This document shows, in pieces, positions 13,031-25,029 of a stretch of DNA of 64,000 bases (position 1 is the stretch's first letter; every line of letters begins with the position of its first letter). Both the position numbers and the translations under genes were made by a program. This stretch comes from Hydrolagus colliei (lineage: Eukaryota), in NCBI GenBank assembly GCA_035084275.1, contig CM068763.1:9734001-9798000 (forward strand). Direction: 5' to 3'. A model generated the notes under the pieces. The model had not been told where the DNA came from. It was given only the letters and a program-made list of their open reading frames with translations, and searched no databases.

Positions 13031-13309
13031 GGTGAACAATGGTTTTCAGAATATCTGACATGAAAAAGATTTTCAGGCACCTATTTTCAGTTTTATCACA
13101 TCTGCCTCTAACCCTTGGGGTCCTCACCACCCAGGTCTAATGGCAAAAGTAGCAGTCGTCACATGGCTTCCTTAAGGTCAGCCAAAGGTCTTAGGTCTTA
13201 GGTCTTAGAGCCACTCATGGAAAGGTAACCCAAGGCCAGCAAATGGAACAGGCAGTCATCTTAGCCTCAAAGGACTCTTTTAATTAAAACATTGAGGTCT
13301 TCGTTAAGA
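13031..13309 (-). other. SRSF4: Putative SRSF4 poison (PTC/NMD) cassette exon in intron 2
   Basis: Acceptor tgatacaatag|TCTT, donor CC|GTAAGT (weaker alternative AG|GTGCCT at 13081/13080). Spliced to exon 2 it reads I-L-T-K-T-S-M-F-TAA (13286-13284). Contains blocks GAGGCTAAGATGACTGCC, CTTTGGCTGACCTTA, GGAAGCCATG, TTTTGCCATTAGAC and CCAAGGGTTAGA, which I recall from the SRSF4/5/6-family poison exon. Confidence 0.8.
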
Positions 13310-13576
13310 CTATTGTATCAACAATCACAATGAAAACAGCGATTCAATTAAGCTTTAAATGAGTTATAATAAAACAAACATAAATCAAATTATGAACATT
13401 AGGGTATATTTGAACACTAAATACAAATTTGAAAAGATGTAGTTTCTATGTGCAAAGGTTTAAAGTTGTAAATTACAAAATGTAAATTGCGACTAGTTAT
13501 TCTACATGTAATTTTACTTTTTAAAAAAAAACATTAAACACTTTCAAATCGTGACATATAATGTATAAATGCTTAC

Positions 13577-13719
13577 TGCGCTGAGAGCTGTAACCACCGT
13601 CCCTCCGAGGACCTCGAGCATGTTCAACGATTACTCTTTCCCCACAAAGTTCTTTACCATTCAGTTCATAAACTGCATCATCTGCATCTCGTGGATCATC
13701 AAACTCAACAAAGCCATAT
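13577..13719 (-). CDS. SRSF4: SRSF4 coding exon 2
   Basis: Acceptor cttatag|A; [47 protein letters not shown] (contains RNP1); donor A|GTAAGC; 143 nt, phase-compatible. Confidence 0.97.
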
Positions 13720-16700
13720 CTATAAGTGAGAAAATATCAGATTAAATTTTAATCACTCTTTATCGCAAATGGAGTCCCTAAGAAGGTGTGAAAGTACCTG
13801 AATGATATACACACTACGTAGTGTAAGGGTCTGAGTAAAGTCATAAAGCTAAAGAAGAGACTACTGCCCTGCGGATCTCAGGCCTTACAGAAACATATGT
13901 AGCACAAATTATTCCTATACAACGAACACGGTTAATGATCAACAACAAATATCAACAATTTGACCTGTAGAGTTCATTTTACACTAGTAAAATCGATCCT
14001 TTTAACAGTCAACTTCTGTTCTTAATCCACCTGTATCCCTAGAACATATGCTCAATATTCTAGTTTTACAGATTCATAACGTATGATGAGTCCATACTTC
14101 ATGGGATAATTTAAAACACACGCAGGCAGAACATACAAATGATATGGCCTTGTTAACTATTAAATGTTAGAATAAGTTTGAATTATACTGTAATCAAAAC
14201 GTGAATTTTGAAATAAATTCACAAACAAAAGAATCTCTTCTTTAGCATACAAGTCTTCCATAAAATATAAATTTGCTTAAGATATTAAGATTGCATCCTA
14301 ATAAATATGAAAGAGATGCTATCCAAAAGGATGTATTTTTAATGGAATTACACTTATGGAAAGCTTTAAAATAGTTAACGTGCTCTTAGAGAACATTAAA
14401 TGAGGAAAGCCACAGGACCAACAGAAAAGCAGCTGTGTTCTATGAATTTGTTCCGATGCTTCACATGCTATTGGGCTGTTTTCGGCGATCGTGCTGAAAG
14501 CAAGAATGTAATATTAATTCACTATATTCAAATTTAATTTACAGGATACCAATTGCATGAATGCACATATTTAATAATAAAGCAAACGTGGCTGCTGCTC
14601 AAATAGATCTTCATACAATGTGCAACAAAAACTGCCATGGGCACTTCAAATGGCTGTTTAAAACGTGAGGCTGGTACAGTATATTGAATACATTACCAGC
14701 ATTTATTTTAATTCATGGTTTCCAGTGGCAACAAAATGTTGACGATAGTTGCTCCTAATTACTGTAAACTAGTTAACCCTTTTTAAGGTAGGCTGATGAT
14801 TACCATCATTAAAATCAGCAAGACCATTTTCAAATTACTGAAACTAAATTCAATCCACATCAATAAAAGGTCACTGAGATGCATTGGAGGCTTCCCTCTT
14901 ATATAACTTTAATCAGAGTAAATTCAAACAACAGCTGAATTTAGTTCAGTGAATTTATATGAAAAAGGGAAAGTCTTAAATGCTGAAATCATTGATATAT
15001 CATAAAGCTATTGTTACAGTGCCTTGCAACAGTTCTTATTAACTCTGAAGTTTTAATAAATCAGAGTTGATAGTCAGGCACAGTTATGTTCATATACAAA
15101 TAACTAGTATGTTTATTTTTAAATTGTTACTACAAAGCCCTCAAAATTACTCTGTTACATTTAGGCTCATCCCTAGAATGGTACACAAGCAATCTGTGTG
15201 AAAATGGTACGGTAGTTGTTTTCACTATATGTGCTACAAATAGCACAGAGTGTAGAAGTCAAAAGCAGTATGAAGCTAAACTTGACAAATTGTGAAGGTG
15301 GGTTAAATATTTATATTTGGGTTAAATATTTTGGGGGCAGATAAACGTTAGCTATGATTTGTACACAAAACACATTGTGCATTTCGCACTGGAATGACGT
15401 CTTCCTTAGCGAATGCAATTAGAAATTGCACTATTGGAAGCTGTACTTACAAGTTTAGGCACACTACATTCCAGCACATTCTTATTTATCACTGCCAATT
15501 TCAATTCATTCCAATCTGAAAGTACAGTGGACGTTACAACAGAAAGCATTATGAACTTCAGTCAACTTATTACATAATGAATCGTATTTGAGAATACGGC
15601 GAGTTCCAATACTTCATAACCTTATACCCAGCTTTCAGTAACCATACATTTACTGGTATGATACTTGCACTGAATGTTCAACTGTACTTACTGTTGAAGT
15701 GCAAAAATAGACTTGGGTGTTCAAATGGATTTCAAACATCTGGTCTTCAAATTGTGGGTCCATGAAGAACTGAAAAGTTCATTGGAACACACTGATTCTA
15801 ACTTCAGTAACAGATGCTCCAGAATCTTTTAAGCATTATGTTGTGATGTAGGGTTGCAAACTAGTACCCTGCATGCTCAAACAGTTTGGATAATAATAAA
15901 TAGCATGAGTAATTAAACAAGTAGACAGAAAGAGTTTTCAAGTAACGTGCCAATCGACAATGACAGTCGCAAGGAAATATTCTACAGAATGTGTACATTT
16001 TTGACCTTCCATTTTTCATATCACATTTATTAAATATTGTACATGAAGTTTGACTTAATAATCCTCGCATTTGATATAGTGGCATATCACTTTATTGGGA
16101 TGTCTCAAAGTGCTTCAAAGGATATACTCCAAATGGATTGACAGTGGAATTTGTGGGTGAAATGTCCCATTGTTGTGCACAATTATGGCTTAAAATATTT
16201 TCAGTGTTTGGTGTTTATACTTTAGAGCTAAAGTCTACATAAAAATTTAGAGCCTGATGAAAAAAAATCTCAAAAGCTACAACTCAAAACACAATTTTCA
16301 CACTTTTCAGTGATGTGAAAATAAAATTGTGGCTAGAAATTGCTTGTTTACTTACATGAAAAATATCTATAAATCACTTCTTAGATTACATTCTCCTGCA
16401 ATAAATTTACAAACTGCACCGCCGTTTCATTATTAGTTCGGTAAAATCCCTTTGAAAATCAATTTAACTGAACTGGCTAAATGGAATTGAAACTCAAAAG
16501 AGTTATATGTGATTGGAGATTTCAGATGCATTAACCTTAACCATCTGATATTTAGTTGTATCAATCTTCAGCATGTTTAAAACCAGTGCTCAGCCAATGA
16601 AAAACTTTAGGAAAAGCTTTATACAATTCAGCTGGGTGTGTGAGGTAAAACATTGCAAAGTGTGGCTTCCTAGTGTTTTTTATGGATGCTTTTAACAAAA

Positions 16701-17514
16701 AAAAGTTATGAACACAGAAGGGGGAAAAAGAGGATATTTTCACAATTTATGCCACGGAACGGTATAAATCGACAAGATACAAGTTCTAACCAACATTTGA
16801 GAGAAAACGATTAAGATTGACATTTCAAGTTTGACTTGTTTTTTAAAACAACTCAAACTTCAGGTAGCAGCTTCCCTTTTCAGGTGTTGTTTGATTTGTA
16901 ATTTTGTTGTTGTTTTCCTCTATTTCCCATGGGTACCATATTGCATGGAGACAATAGATTCACACTAACACATGGGCCATTGACTTTAAAATAAGTTTGT
17001 TTGGTGTATGCGTACACAGTGGGAGTTTTTTTGAATGGCAAGAGAGATATTATTGATCGGGGAAATGTGGGCAGGGAAGTGAAAGGGCAAGGTTGTGGGT
17101 GGAGTATGTGAACAGGCGAGGGCAGGAGGAGGAAGAGCGTGAGTGAATGAAGATGTGTGAATGGTTGAGGCAGTATGGATGCGGGGAAATGATTGTAGTG
17201 GGAAATATGAGTGTGGGGGAGGGGGAAGGAATGAGTGTGGGGGAGGGAAGAATGAGTGGTGGGGGCTGGTGGGGGAGAAAAAGGAATGTGTCTGGGGAGG
17301 AACGGAAAAATGAGTCGGGGATATATGCAGAGGAGTGTGGAGTTAATGTGGCAGTGAGTGAAGGTGTGCAGGGAGTGAACATGTGTGAGTGCGTGTGTGT
17401 GTGTGGGGTGGGGGGAAGTAAGTGAGTGAACGTGGGATGTGTGGTTGCTCACTAAAGCGTTCTGAGACGCTATCCAGCACGGAGGGAGCTACATAAGAGC
17501 AAGCTGATGTCCTT

Positions 17515-17881
17515 GTGGTCGAATTCAAGATCTTTGACCTTACTTTGGCCTTTGCCCCCTCCTACCTCCCCAACTTGCTGTCCCCCTATCAACCTCCCTG
17601 CCCCCTCCGTTCAGCAGGCGCTAGCCTGCTCCATGTCCCCCCCGCCCTACCATCGGTGGCCATGCTTTCAGCTTCTCTGGCTCCCCACCCCCACCATCCC
17701 TTCGCCTCGCTCCCTCACTCTTCAAGATCTTCCTCTTCGACCGTGCCTTCTGCTGCCCTCCCAACTCTCTCCCTCTCCCCTCCCCCCCTCTCTCCACCCC
17801 ATCTTGCTTGGGTCCCAACCGCCCCCTGACTGTTCAGCGCGTTGGGACGCTCTACACATGTCATTTTGTTGTTGTTGTTGT
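17515..17881 (+). mobile_element. L2-clade LINE 3' fragment in SRSF4 intron 1
   Basis: Encodes a degenerate EFKI..L..APSYL..LL..Y.P..PLRSAG L2 ORF2 C-terminus; ends in a (GTT)n tail. Confidence 0.8.
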
Positions 17882-18357
17882 GAGTGGGGTGGTGGGGGGG
17901 GGGGGGGGGGGGAGAGGAGAGAGAGAGCAAATTCGCATGCGCAATGACCATCTAGCCGGTTTGGCGCGCGTGTGACGCACTCGCCTTATGAGGGGGGGGG
18001 GGGGGGGGGGGGAGAGAGAGACGACAAAAGACGACCTCAACCGCCCCCCCCCCCCCCCCCACCGCAACATACATACACACACCCTTCCCCCCCCCCCCAC
18101 CCATCCTCACCTCCTGTACCGGGGGGGGGGGGGGAGGGGGGCGGGGAGAGGCTTTTATAAAAGCAAAACAAAAAATCACAGCGACCGTGAGGTAACCGAG
18201 GAGTCATCGGTCGGTCGCTAGAGGCGATTTGAGGCCTGAGAGGGGAGCGAGCGAGTGACCCGTCGGCGCCATTTTCTTTTCCCACCCCCCTCTCCCTCCC
18301 TCCCTTTTCCTCCTCCTCCCTCTCCCTCCTCCCCTCCCTCTGCCTCCTCTCACTCAC

Positions 18358-18464
18358 CCGTTCTTGATATCCACCTCCAGGATTTTACCGTAACCTTTGA
18401 AGAATCGCTCCACGTCCCTCTCCCGGGCCTGGTAGCTCAGCCTGCCGATGTAAACCCGCGGCAT
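18358..18464 (-). CDS. SRSF4: SRSF4 coding exon 1 (RRM1 N-terminus)
   Basis: ATG at 18464; translates MPRVYIGRLSYQARERDVERFFKGYGKILEVDIKNG; donor GG|GTGAGT; 107 nt. Near-identical to the human SRSF4 N-terminus as recalled. Confidence 0.97.
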
Positions 18465-18615
18465 CCTCTCCTCTCCTCTCTCTGTCTCTGGCGGCTGATG
18501 TTCTTGTTGTGGCTGCTGCTCCCCTCAGGGCCTCCTCTCCTCCTCCTCCTCCTCCTCACGCCGCTCCCGCTTCTCCCTCCGTCTGCGTGTGTCTCTATCT
18601 CTCCCTCAGCCGCGT

Positions 18616-18757
18616 GCTGAGGTCTTCACGCACAGGCATAACTGACGTCCTCACGCACAGGCATAACTGACGTCCTCACGCACAGGCATAACTGACGTCC
18701 TCACGCTCAAGCGTAAGTGACGTCTCCACGCTCAAACCGTAAGTGACGTCCTCACGC
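18616..18757. repeat. 25-bp tandem repeat carrying CRE-like TGACGTC motifs
   Basis: Unit TCACGCACAGGCATAACTGACGTCC; TGACGTC starts at 18643, 18668, 18693, 18718 and 18744; degenerate TGAGGTC at 18618. Confidence 0.92.
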
Positions 18758-18814
18758 CGTTGTGCGTGAAGGGCTGACTGTTTGCCCACCCCCTTTGTCA
18801 CGTGACTAGCGTCC

Positions 18815-19455
18815 TAATAATAAACCTTGCATTTCATATAGCATTTTCCAGACGTCTCAAAGCGCTTCACAGAATATACTGTAAATATGAATTGACTGCG
18901 TGTTTTGTGGGCGAAACGCGGCGGCCCATTGGCGCGCAGCAGCGTTTCTCCCCCCCCCCCCCCCCCGGCAAACAGTCGTGGATTGAAATGACCAATTTAT
19001 TATAGTTTTTTTGTTGGAGGGATTATTATTGGGCGTGCGGAGTAAGGAAATTTGCTCGGATTCGAGCACAGGTCCCACACTTGTAAGGCGAGTGCTCTAA
19101 CCACTGAGCAACAACAACAACATATTTGCATTTGTACTGCAATATCAATAAGAATAACCCTTGCATCTGTTGTAGTGCCTTATCAAGTCATTGATAAGCG
19201 CAATCGGCTGCCGCGTTTTGCCCACAAATGTACAGTCAATTCACTTAACAGTGTATTTCTATGAAGCGCTGTGAAACGTCTAGAAAACGTGAAAAGTGCC
19301 ATATCGAATGCAAAGTTTATTATTAAAGAATCGACTGTATTTTTTTGTGTGGGGGTGGGGTGACTTTCAAATTCAGGAGGACATCCCAACTCTTATCGTT
19401 TTGCTCACAAAATATACAGTCCATTCACTTTACTGTATATTCTGTGAAGTGCCTT
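18815..19455. mobile_element. SINE cluster upstream of SRSF4: minus copy 18815-19109, plus fragments 19200-19325 and 19398-19455
   Basis: Family core and tail strings in both orientations. Confidence 0.82.
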
Positions 19456-19764
19456 GAGAAGTGAAGTGCCACATCTACAGGAGGTGATAGTCCATTAAAT
19501 CAAATGCAGTGATTATCATCTCTGCATCCACCCTTGACTCTAGGATCACTGCTGCCCTGATTGTGTGTCTGAACATCAATTGCAGGATGAGGGCTAACTT
19601 TCATATAAATGGCTAATTTACTCACCGGATCTTCCTGCATGTGAAATGACTCCTCTATGTTGGCCTAGCAAGTTGCAGATACCACAACTAATTAATTGTA
19701 AAGTGCTTGGGGACATTTGATTTTTATAGGTGCAATATCAAACTAGGATAAGTATTATTACTAC

Positions 19765-20012
19765 GGAGCTCCTGTAACTCACTGGTTAGAGCAGTTGCCT
19801 TACAAGCGTGAGACCTGTGTTCGAATCCAGGCAGATTGGGGAGAAACCTTAGGCAAGTTTCCTTATTCCAAATGCCTATTAATAATCCCTCCAAGAAACC
19901 CAACAAATATACAGTCAATTCACTTTACAGTATATTCTGTGAAGCGCTTTGAGACGTCGATAAGATGTGAAAAGCGCTATATCAAATGCAAGGATTATTA
20001 TTATTATTATTA
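19765..20012 (+). mobile_element. SINE with internal deletion of the core
   Basis: Head and tail present; the GCTGTGCGCAATTGGC core is missing. Confidence 0.85.
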
Positions 20013-21847
20013 ACTTGCGCTCATGTAATACCTGTCTAGTAAGAACGTCGAAGTACAGTACGGTATTTTACTTGGCTGGCAAGACACACAGCAAGTTGAG
20101 AACCAAAAGAGAAACAGGAGGAGATCATTCAGCCCACCAACTCTGTTCGATGGAGGAACAGGGAAAGTGAAAGGTTTCACTTTCAGAGGGATGAGCTGTA
20201 TTTTTAGAAGGGTTTTCAAGATGAAAAAACAGTGTACGGTGAAGGGATTTGGAAAGCGAATTCCAGAGTGTGATATTAGACGTAGCACTGACAATCTGAA
20301 AAATTAACAGTCAATGGCAGTGATGTATCAAAATGTATGTTCAGGTCACTCCTAATGATTGGCACTTGTTAGGTCCAATGTTTCACATCTCTAAAAATTC
20401 AGCGGTGAAAAATATCTTTGAATTTCAGTGCTGCCAAATGTCACTCATAATAAATGACACTAATTTGCGTTGAAAATGCAAGCCACTATATTTTGATGTG
20501 CGTCACTCTTTCATAAGGGAATCGCCATCGGTTGAAATGAGTTTGAAATCTATAATTCTTATCAATCATAAAACGACTGCTAAATTTCCCTGACATTGAC
20601 AACACTGTCATTTATTTTGATGCATCGACCCCCCCTGATAAAAGGAAACACATGAGTTTGCAAACACATGTGTCCAGCACCCGCTGATCATGAATTGCAG
20701 CCTTAACCACACGCTCGGCCTTTGTGAATGTAGAAAGAATAATAGGTGCCTGGGAACAAGACTTGTCAACATATGAGCAATGGTTGGAGTGGCAAGCAAG
20801 ACTGATGTAGCTGAGAAGTTCCATTCGGACACATAGTGAAACTGGGTGTATTTTTACGAGTCACATTCATTAAATCGGCTTACAACTTGTAGAAACTAAA
20901 TGACCGGTCGTTAGTCTCCAGTGAGCAATGGTTCGCAGAACTGATAGCGACCTAATGGAAAGGAAGTCAGATAATTTCCATTCGGAACAATGGATTGCCG
21001 GACATCAGAAGCTGTCACCTAAACCCGCAATATCAGATGACTGCCTCAAAATCTATTGCCTTGTGTCTGCCTTGTGGGGTAAGATTTATGGTGCATGTCA
21101 ACAGTCAGGAAGCTGCATGGAGTCTCTCTTTGGCAATGGCTCCTGTTGTAATGAAACAGGACATAGAAGATTGTTGGCTTGGGATTGGGATAGAAGTTGG
21201 CAGAAACGTACTGATTGTCTCCGAGGTCAAGTGGAAACACATTCCGATCTGAAAAGGATGGAGCCCAGAAACCATTAGTCACAGTTTACTGAGAGGACAG
21301 TTAATCATCTTGAAAATACGCAGGGAAGGATGATGTGCAACGTAATGGGGGAGAGCCTGATGGACCATTTCTGATTTGAAAACTATCTCCCACATCTCTG
21401 CTCATGCCTTTCTACGCAGCTAATTCGGGCTAAATTTGGGACATCCTCGCGACATGAGGGATGCTCTATAAATGCAATTGGGTTTTTGTTGTCCCTTGGC
21501 CCCCTCCGCATGACCATTGGTGACTGAAGCCTGGAAAACTCTGCTTTTACCCCTTATCTAAAAAAACAACCTACCTCTTTGATTGGTGGTTATGGACAAC
21601 ACCTAATCCTCTTTACTCCCTCATCCCGCCTCGGAATCAAACCCTATCACTGTGAAGCGCTCTCCAAAACATTATCCTTAGTGAAAGGCACTTTGTAAAT
21701 TAAAATTACACTATCGAATTGATTATTGTTATCTGAGACCCAGAATGGGACACTATCGGTCCAAGATCACAGGGAAATATGAACGTACAGGAGCAAGAAT
21801 CATATAAATAGCCAGCAATTGTTTCACAAGTGAAGTTGTGGTGCATG

Positions 21848-22083
21848 AATAATAATAATAATAATCCCTCAAAAAAAAGCAATAATAATTTGGTGGTCAT
21901 TTCGATCCACAACTGTTTGTGGGACGCAGCTGTGTGCAATTGGCTGCTGCGTTTCGCCCACAAAATGTACAGTCAATTCACTTTATAGTATATTCTGTGA
22001 AGCGCTTTGAGATGTCTAGAAGATGTGAAAAGTGCTATGTGAAAAGTGTTATATCAAATGCAAGGATTATTATTATTATTATT
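21848..22083 (+). mobile_element. 5'-truncated SINE
   Basis: Core and tail; local duplication of TGTGAAAAGTG. Confidence 0.85.
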
Positions 22084-22711
22084 AGCCAACCACTGTCTAG
22101 GTAGTTAGGAATAACCATTTGTGCATTTGGCACTGCACCTGTTCACATCATTGGAGCTTCTCAAAGTGCTTCAAAGGTTTGACTGTGGAGTGTAGTGACT
22201 CCCTGTGTATTTGTATTTGAATACGGCACAATTTGTGCACAACAATGACTTGTCAGCCTTTCGGAACACTGATGGTCATTAATCAACTTGCTGTGTGGCT
22301 TAATTAAAAATCCCAGTTTGAAAACTATTCTCTGTGTGTTCTTTGGGAGCAAAAACCCTCTTTCGGTGTTGCGTGATTTCCCCTCACCAGCGGTTACTGA
22401 ACCGTTGGCAGTACAGAACAGCGGAGAACAAAATTCCCGCTGACAGGTTAAAGCAAAGGATGGAAAATTAATACCCATTACAGTGCAAATTAAATGGCTC
22501 CTATTGACTTCATAGGAATGTAGAAGAAAAGATTGAAGTGCAAAATCCATCATATTTGATGATGAACACAGCTAGGGGTGGATTGACGCACCCATTGCCC
22601 TGTGAATCAGACAGTGAGTATGCACTTGCTGTCACCTGGTTGAAAGGTGGCGACTGTACTTCTCGGTAAAGTCTTGCTTGTCACACCTTTGAGCTTTTCA
22701 CAGTCAACAAA

Positions 22712-22985
22712 TGAACAACGACAAAATTTGAATGGCGTCCCAAGGCACTGGACAGTCGATGCTTCAAACCCAAGCTGGGGGACGGGATCGGGGAGGGTGG
22801 GGGGGAAAAGGAGGAGAAGGTGGGGGGGGGGTGGGGGGGGAGGGAGGGGGGTGGTGACCGATGGCATAGTCGAAGAGGAAGGTCTTGAGGCGGGACTTGA
22901 AGGAGGATAGGGAGGGAGCGAAGAGGAGGAGGGTCTGCGGGATGGAATTCCAGAGGTTGGGGGCAGAGCGGCTGAAAGCTCTCGC
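22712..22985 (-). mobile_element. L2-clade LINE 3' fragment
   Basis: ORF 22764..22988 reads RAFSRSAPNLWNSIPQ..SLSSFKSRLKTFLF, the characteristic L2 ORF2 C-terminus. Confidence 0.85.
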
Positions 22986-23074
22986 CAAGACTGAAATATC
23001 CGAAACAAAATCTATAATTTATCATTTTAGTTGGAGTTTGGAGACGAGGGGGAATAACAATAATGATGAAAATA

Positions 23075-23570
23075 GCAATCCTTGCATTTGCATAAAGCGC
23101 TTTGAGACGTCTAGAAGATGTGAAAAGCGCTATATCAAATGCAATTATTGTTATTATTTGAAGAAATGCCTTATTATGTCCTTGAAAACTTCCCAAGAGC
23201 TTCATAAATTATATTGCAAAGTGGATTGACTGTGTATTTTCTGGGCGAAACGCTGCAGCCATTGTGCACAGCCATGCCCCCACAAACTGTTGTGGATTGA
23301 GTGACCGATTTTATTCTAATTTTGTTTTGGAAGGAATATTATCCCTGGAAAAGCGATACGCCTCGGGATTCAACATCCCGACATGAAAGGCACTACAAAT
23401 GTCATTTTGTTGTTGCTGTAGTTGTGGTGCCAATTGACTAACAGTCAGGTTCCTATTTAGTGCTGGGTAAACAGAGGCGTGTGGAGTAAGGAAACTTACC
23501 TAAGGTCTCACCCTGGCTGGGATATCAAATCCAGCTCCTCTCCCTTGGGCGACAAATGCTCTAACCACTT
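23075..23570. mobile_element. Nested/rearranged SINE fragments
   Basis: Plus-strand tail at 23095-23158 inside an older minus copy; minus head at 23478-23570. Confidence 0.7.
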
Positions 23571-24120
23571 TCCGGAACACCATAAATAACACCGTAAATG
23601 GATAACACGGGCTGCAGAAAGGTTTAAAGATGTATTTATGCTTCAGGGTTAAAAATACCTGATAGTGTAATTCATTCTTAGAACTGTTGGTATTTCATCC
23701 CCCTGGATGTTATTGCCTTAGAACACGCTGCAGCCCACTCAGTAACCTATCTATAATATATTTTGGCTATTGCAATATTGTATTAAATATGTATCTTGCA
23801 ATCATTTGAAATCTACCACAAAAGACGTATCAACTTCTACTCGTGATTCATTTCTGAAAGGCCTGGCACAGGAATAATTATTCCAATAAATACTACGGTA
23901 TTTACATCATAATGCTGCCTGAGACTTTAATAACATGACTAAATCAGGTGCAATTGAGCAAAAGATAAATAAGAAGTGAAAATAATCCCTCCACGTATGA
24001 TGGGAATCTGGGAGGGGGTAGTTGTCGGGGGGGGGGGGGGGGGGGGGGAAACAACAGGAGTATCAGCTGAAATGAAAGAGGATTGAACGTTTGAGGTGTC
24101 GTGCCTCTTTATACTGTCAA

Positions 24121-24406
24121 TATTATCCTTGCATTTGATATAGGGGCCTCTTCAAGTCTTGCAGACCGACCGCTCAAAGCGCTTCGCAGAATATACTGTA
24201 AAGTGAATTGACTGTATATTTGTGGGCGAAACGCGGCAGCCGATTGTGCACAGCAGCGTCCCCAAAACTGTCATGAAAAATTTAGGATTATTCTCAGACA
24301 GGCGAGTGGACAAAGGAAATTTGCTCAAGGTTTCGCCCTGGGTGGAATCAAACCCAGGTATCTCACTTGTAAGGGGATTGCTGTAACCACTGAGCTACAG
24401 GACTCC
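24121..24406 (-). mobile_element. SINE (same family)
   Basis: Head-to-tail match. Confidence 0.85.
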
Positions 24407-24709
24407 ACAAGGTCTTATCAGTCGTAAGTACAGTAGCAGATTGGAACAACTTTCTATAGGACAGAGCACAGCAAGAGAGAAACACGACTAACACAGAGCA
24501 AAAGACATTAAAAAGCCATCAGCCCAGGAGATCAGAGACAAGCTAATGAGCCATTGACGGATTGCAAACCACAACTGTTAGGTGGTTGATACATTAAAAC
24601 ATTCACAGCAGAGACAGCAATAAGAGGTGTGAGTAAGGCAGAGGGATGCAGCTCACAGTGAAAGAAAACAGCAAAGCTTGAGAGCCAACAATGGAGGAGT
24701 GGAACACCC

Positions 24710-25029
24710 AATAATAATAATAATAATCCTTTCATTTGGTATTGTGCTTTTCAAGTCTTCTAGACGTCTCAAAGCGCTTCACGGAATATACTGTAAAGTG
24801 AATTGACTGTATATTTGTGGGCGAAACACGGCAGCCAATTGCCCACAGCAATGTCCCCCGCAAACAGCCGTGGATTGAGTGACCAAATTATTATTGTTTA
24901 GTTTGAGGGATTATTATTGGGCAGGTGGAGTGAGGAAACTCACCCAAGGTTTCTCCCTGACCCTGACCTGCCTGGAATCGAACCAAGGCCTCTCGCTTGT
25001 GAGGCGAGTGCTCTCTAACTACTGAGCTG
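24710..25029 (-). mobile_element. SINE (same family)
   Basis: Head-to-tail match with (TAA)n tail. Confidence 0.87.

Larger units (their letters stand above)
17930..18800 (-). promoter_or_regulatory. SRSF4 CpG-rich promoter / first-exon region
   Basis: GC- and CpG-rich around exon 1; YY1-type AAAATGGCGCC on the minus strand (18265-18275); NRF1-like TCGCATGCGCA (~17933-17943); long G/C homopolymer runs; CRE-like array upstream. Confidence 0.75.

Noticed and set aside
13798-13964. AG/GT-bounded segment just upstream of SRSF4 exon 2 (second poison exon?)
   Set aside because: Moderate splice sites, no recognisable conservation, and chance occurrence is likely.
16880-18357. His/Pro/Gly-rich ORFs in SRSF4 intron 1
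   Set aside because: They arise from purine-rich low-complexity DNA, G/C runs and an L2 fragment.
9451-18464. Alternative identity as SRSF6 or SRSF5
   Set aside because: The N-terminus MPRVYIGRLSYQARERDVERFFKGYGKI, the AHKGRKNEG motif, the 489-aa length and linkage to MECR all fit SRSF4.
18616-18757. Regular repeat array resembling CRISPR
   Set aside because: Units are contiguous with no unique spacers, the context is eukaryotic, and there are no cas genes.
20928-21282. Overlapping 78-116 aa ORFs between SRSF4 and the TMEM244-like gene
   Set aside because: No recognisable domain, splice context or family resemblance.
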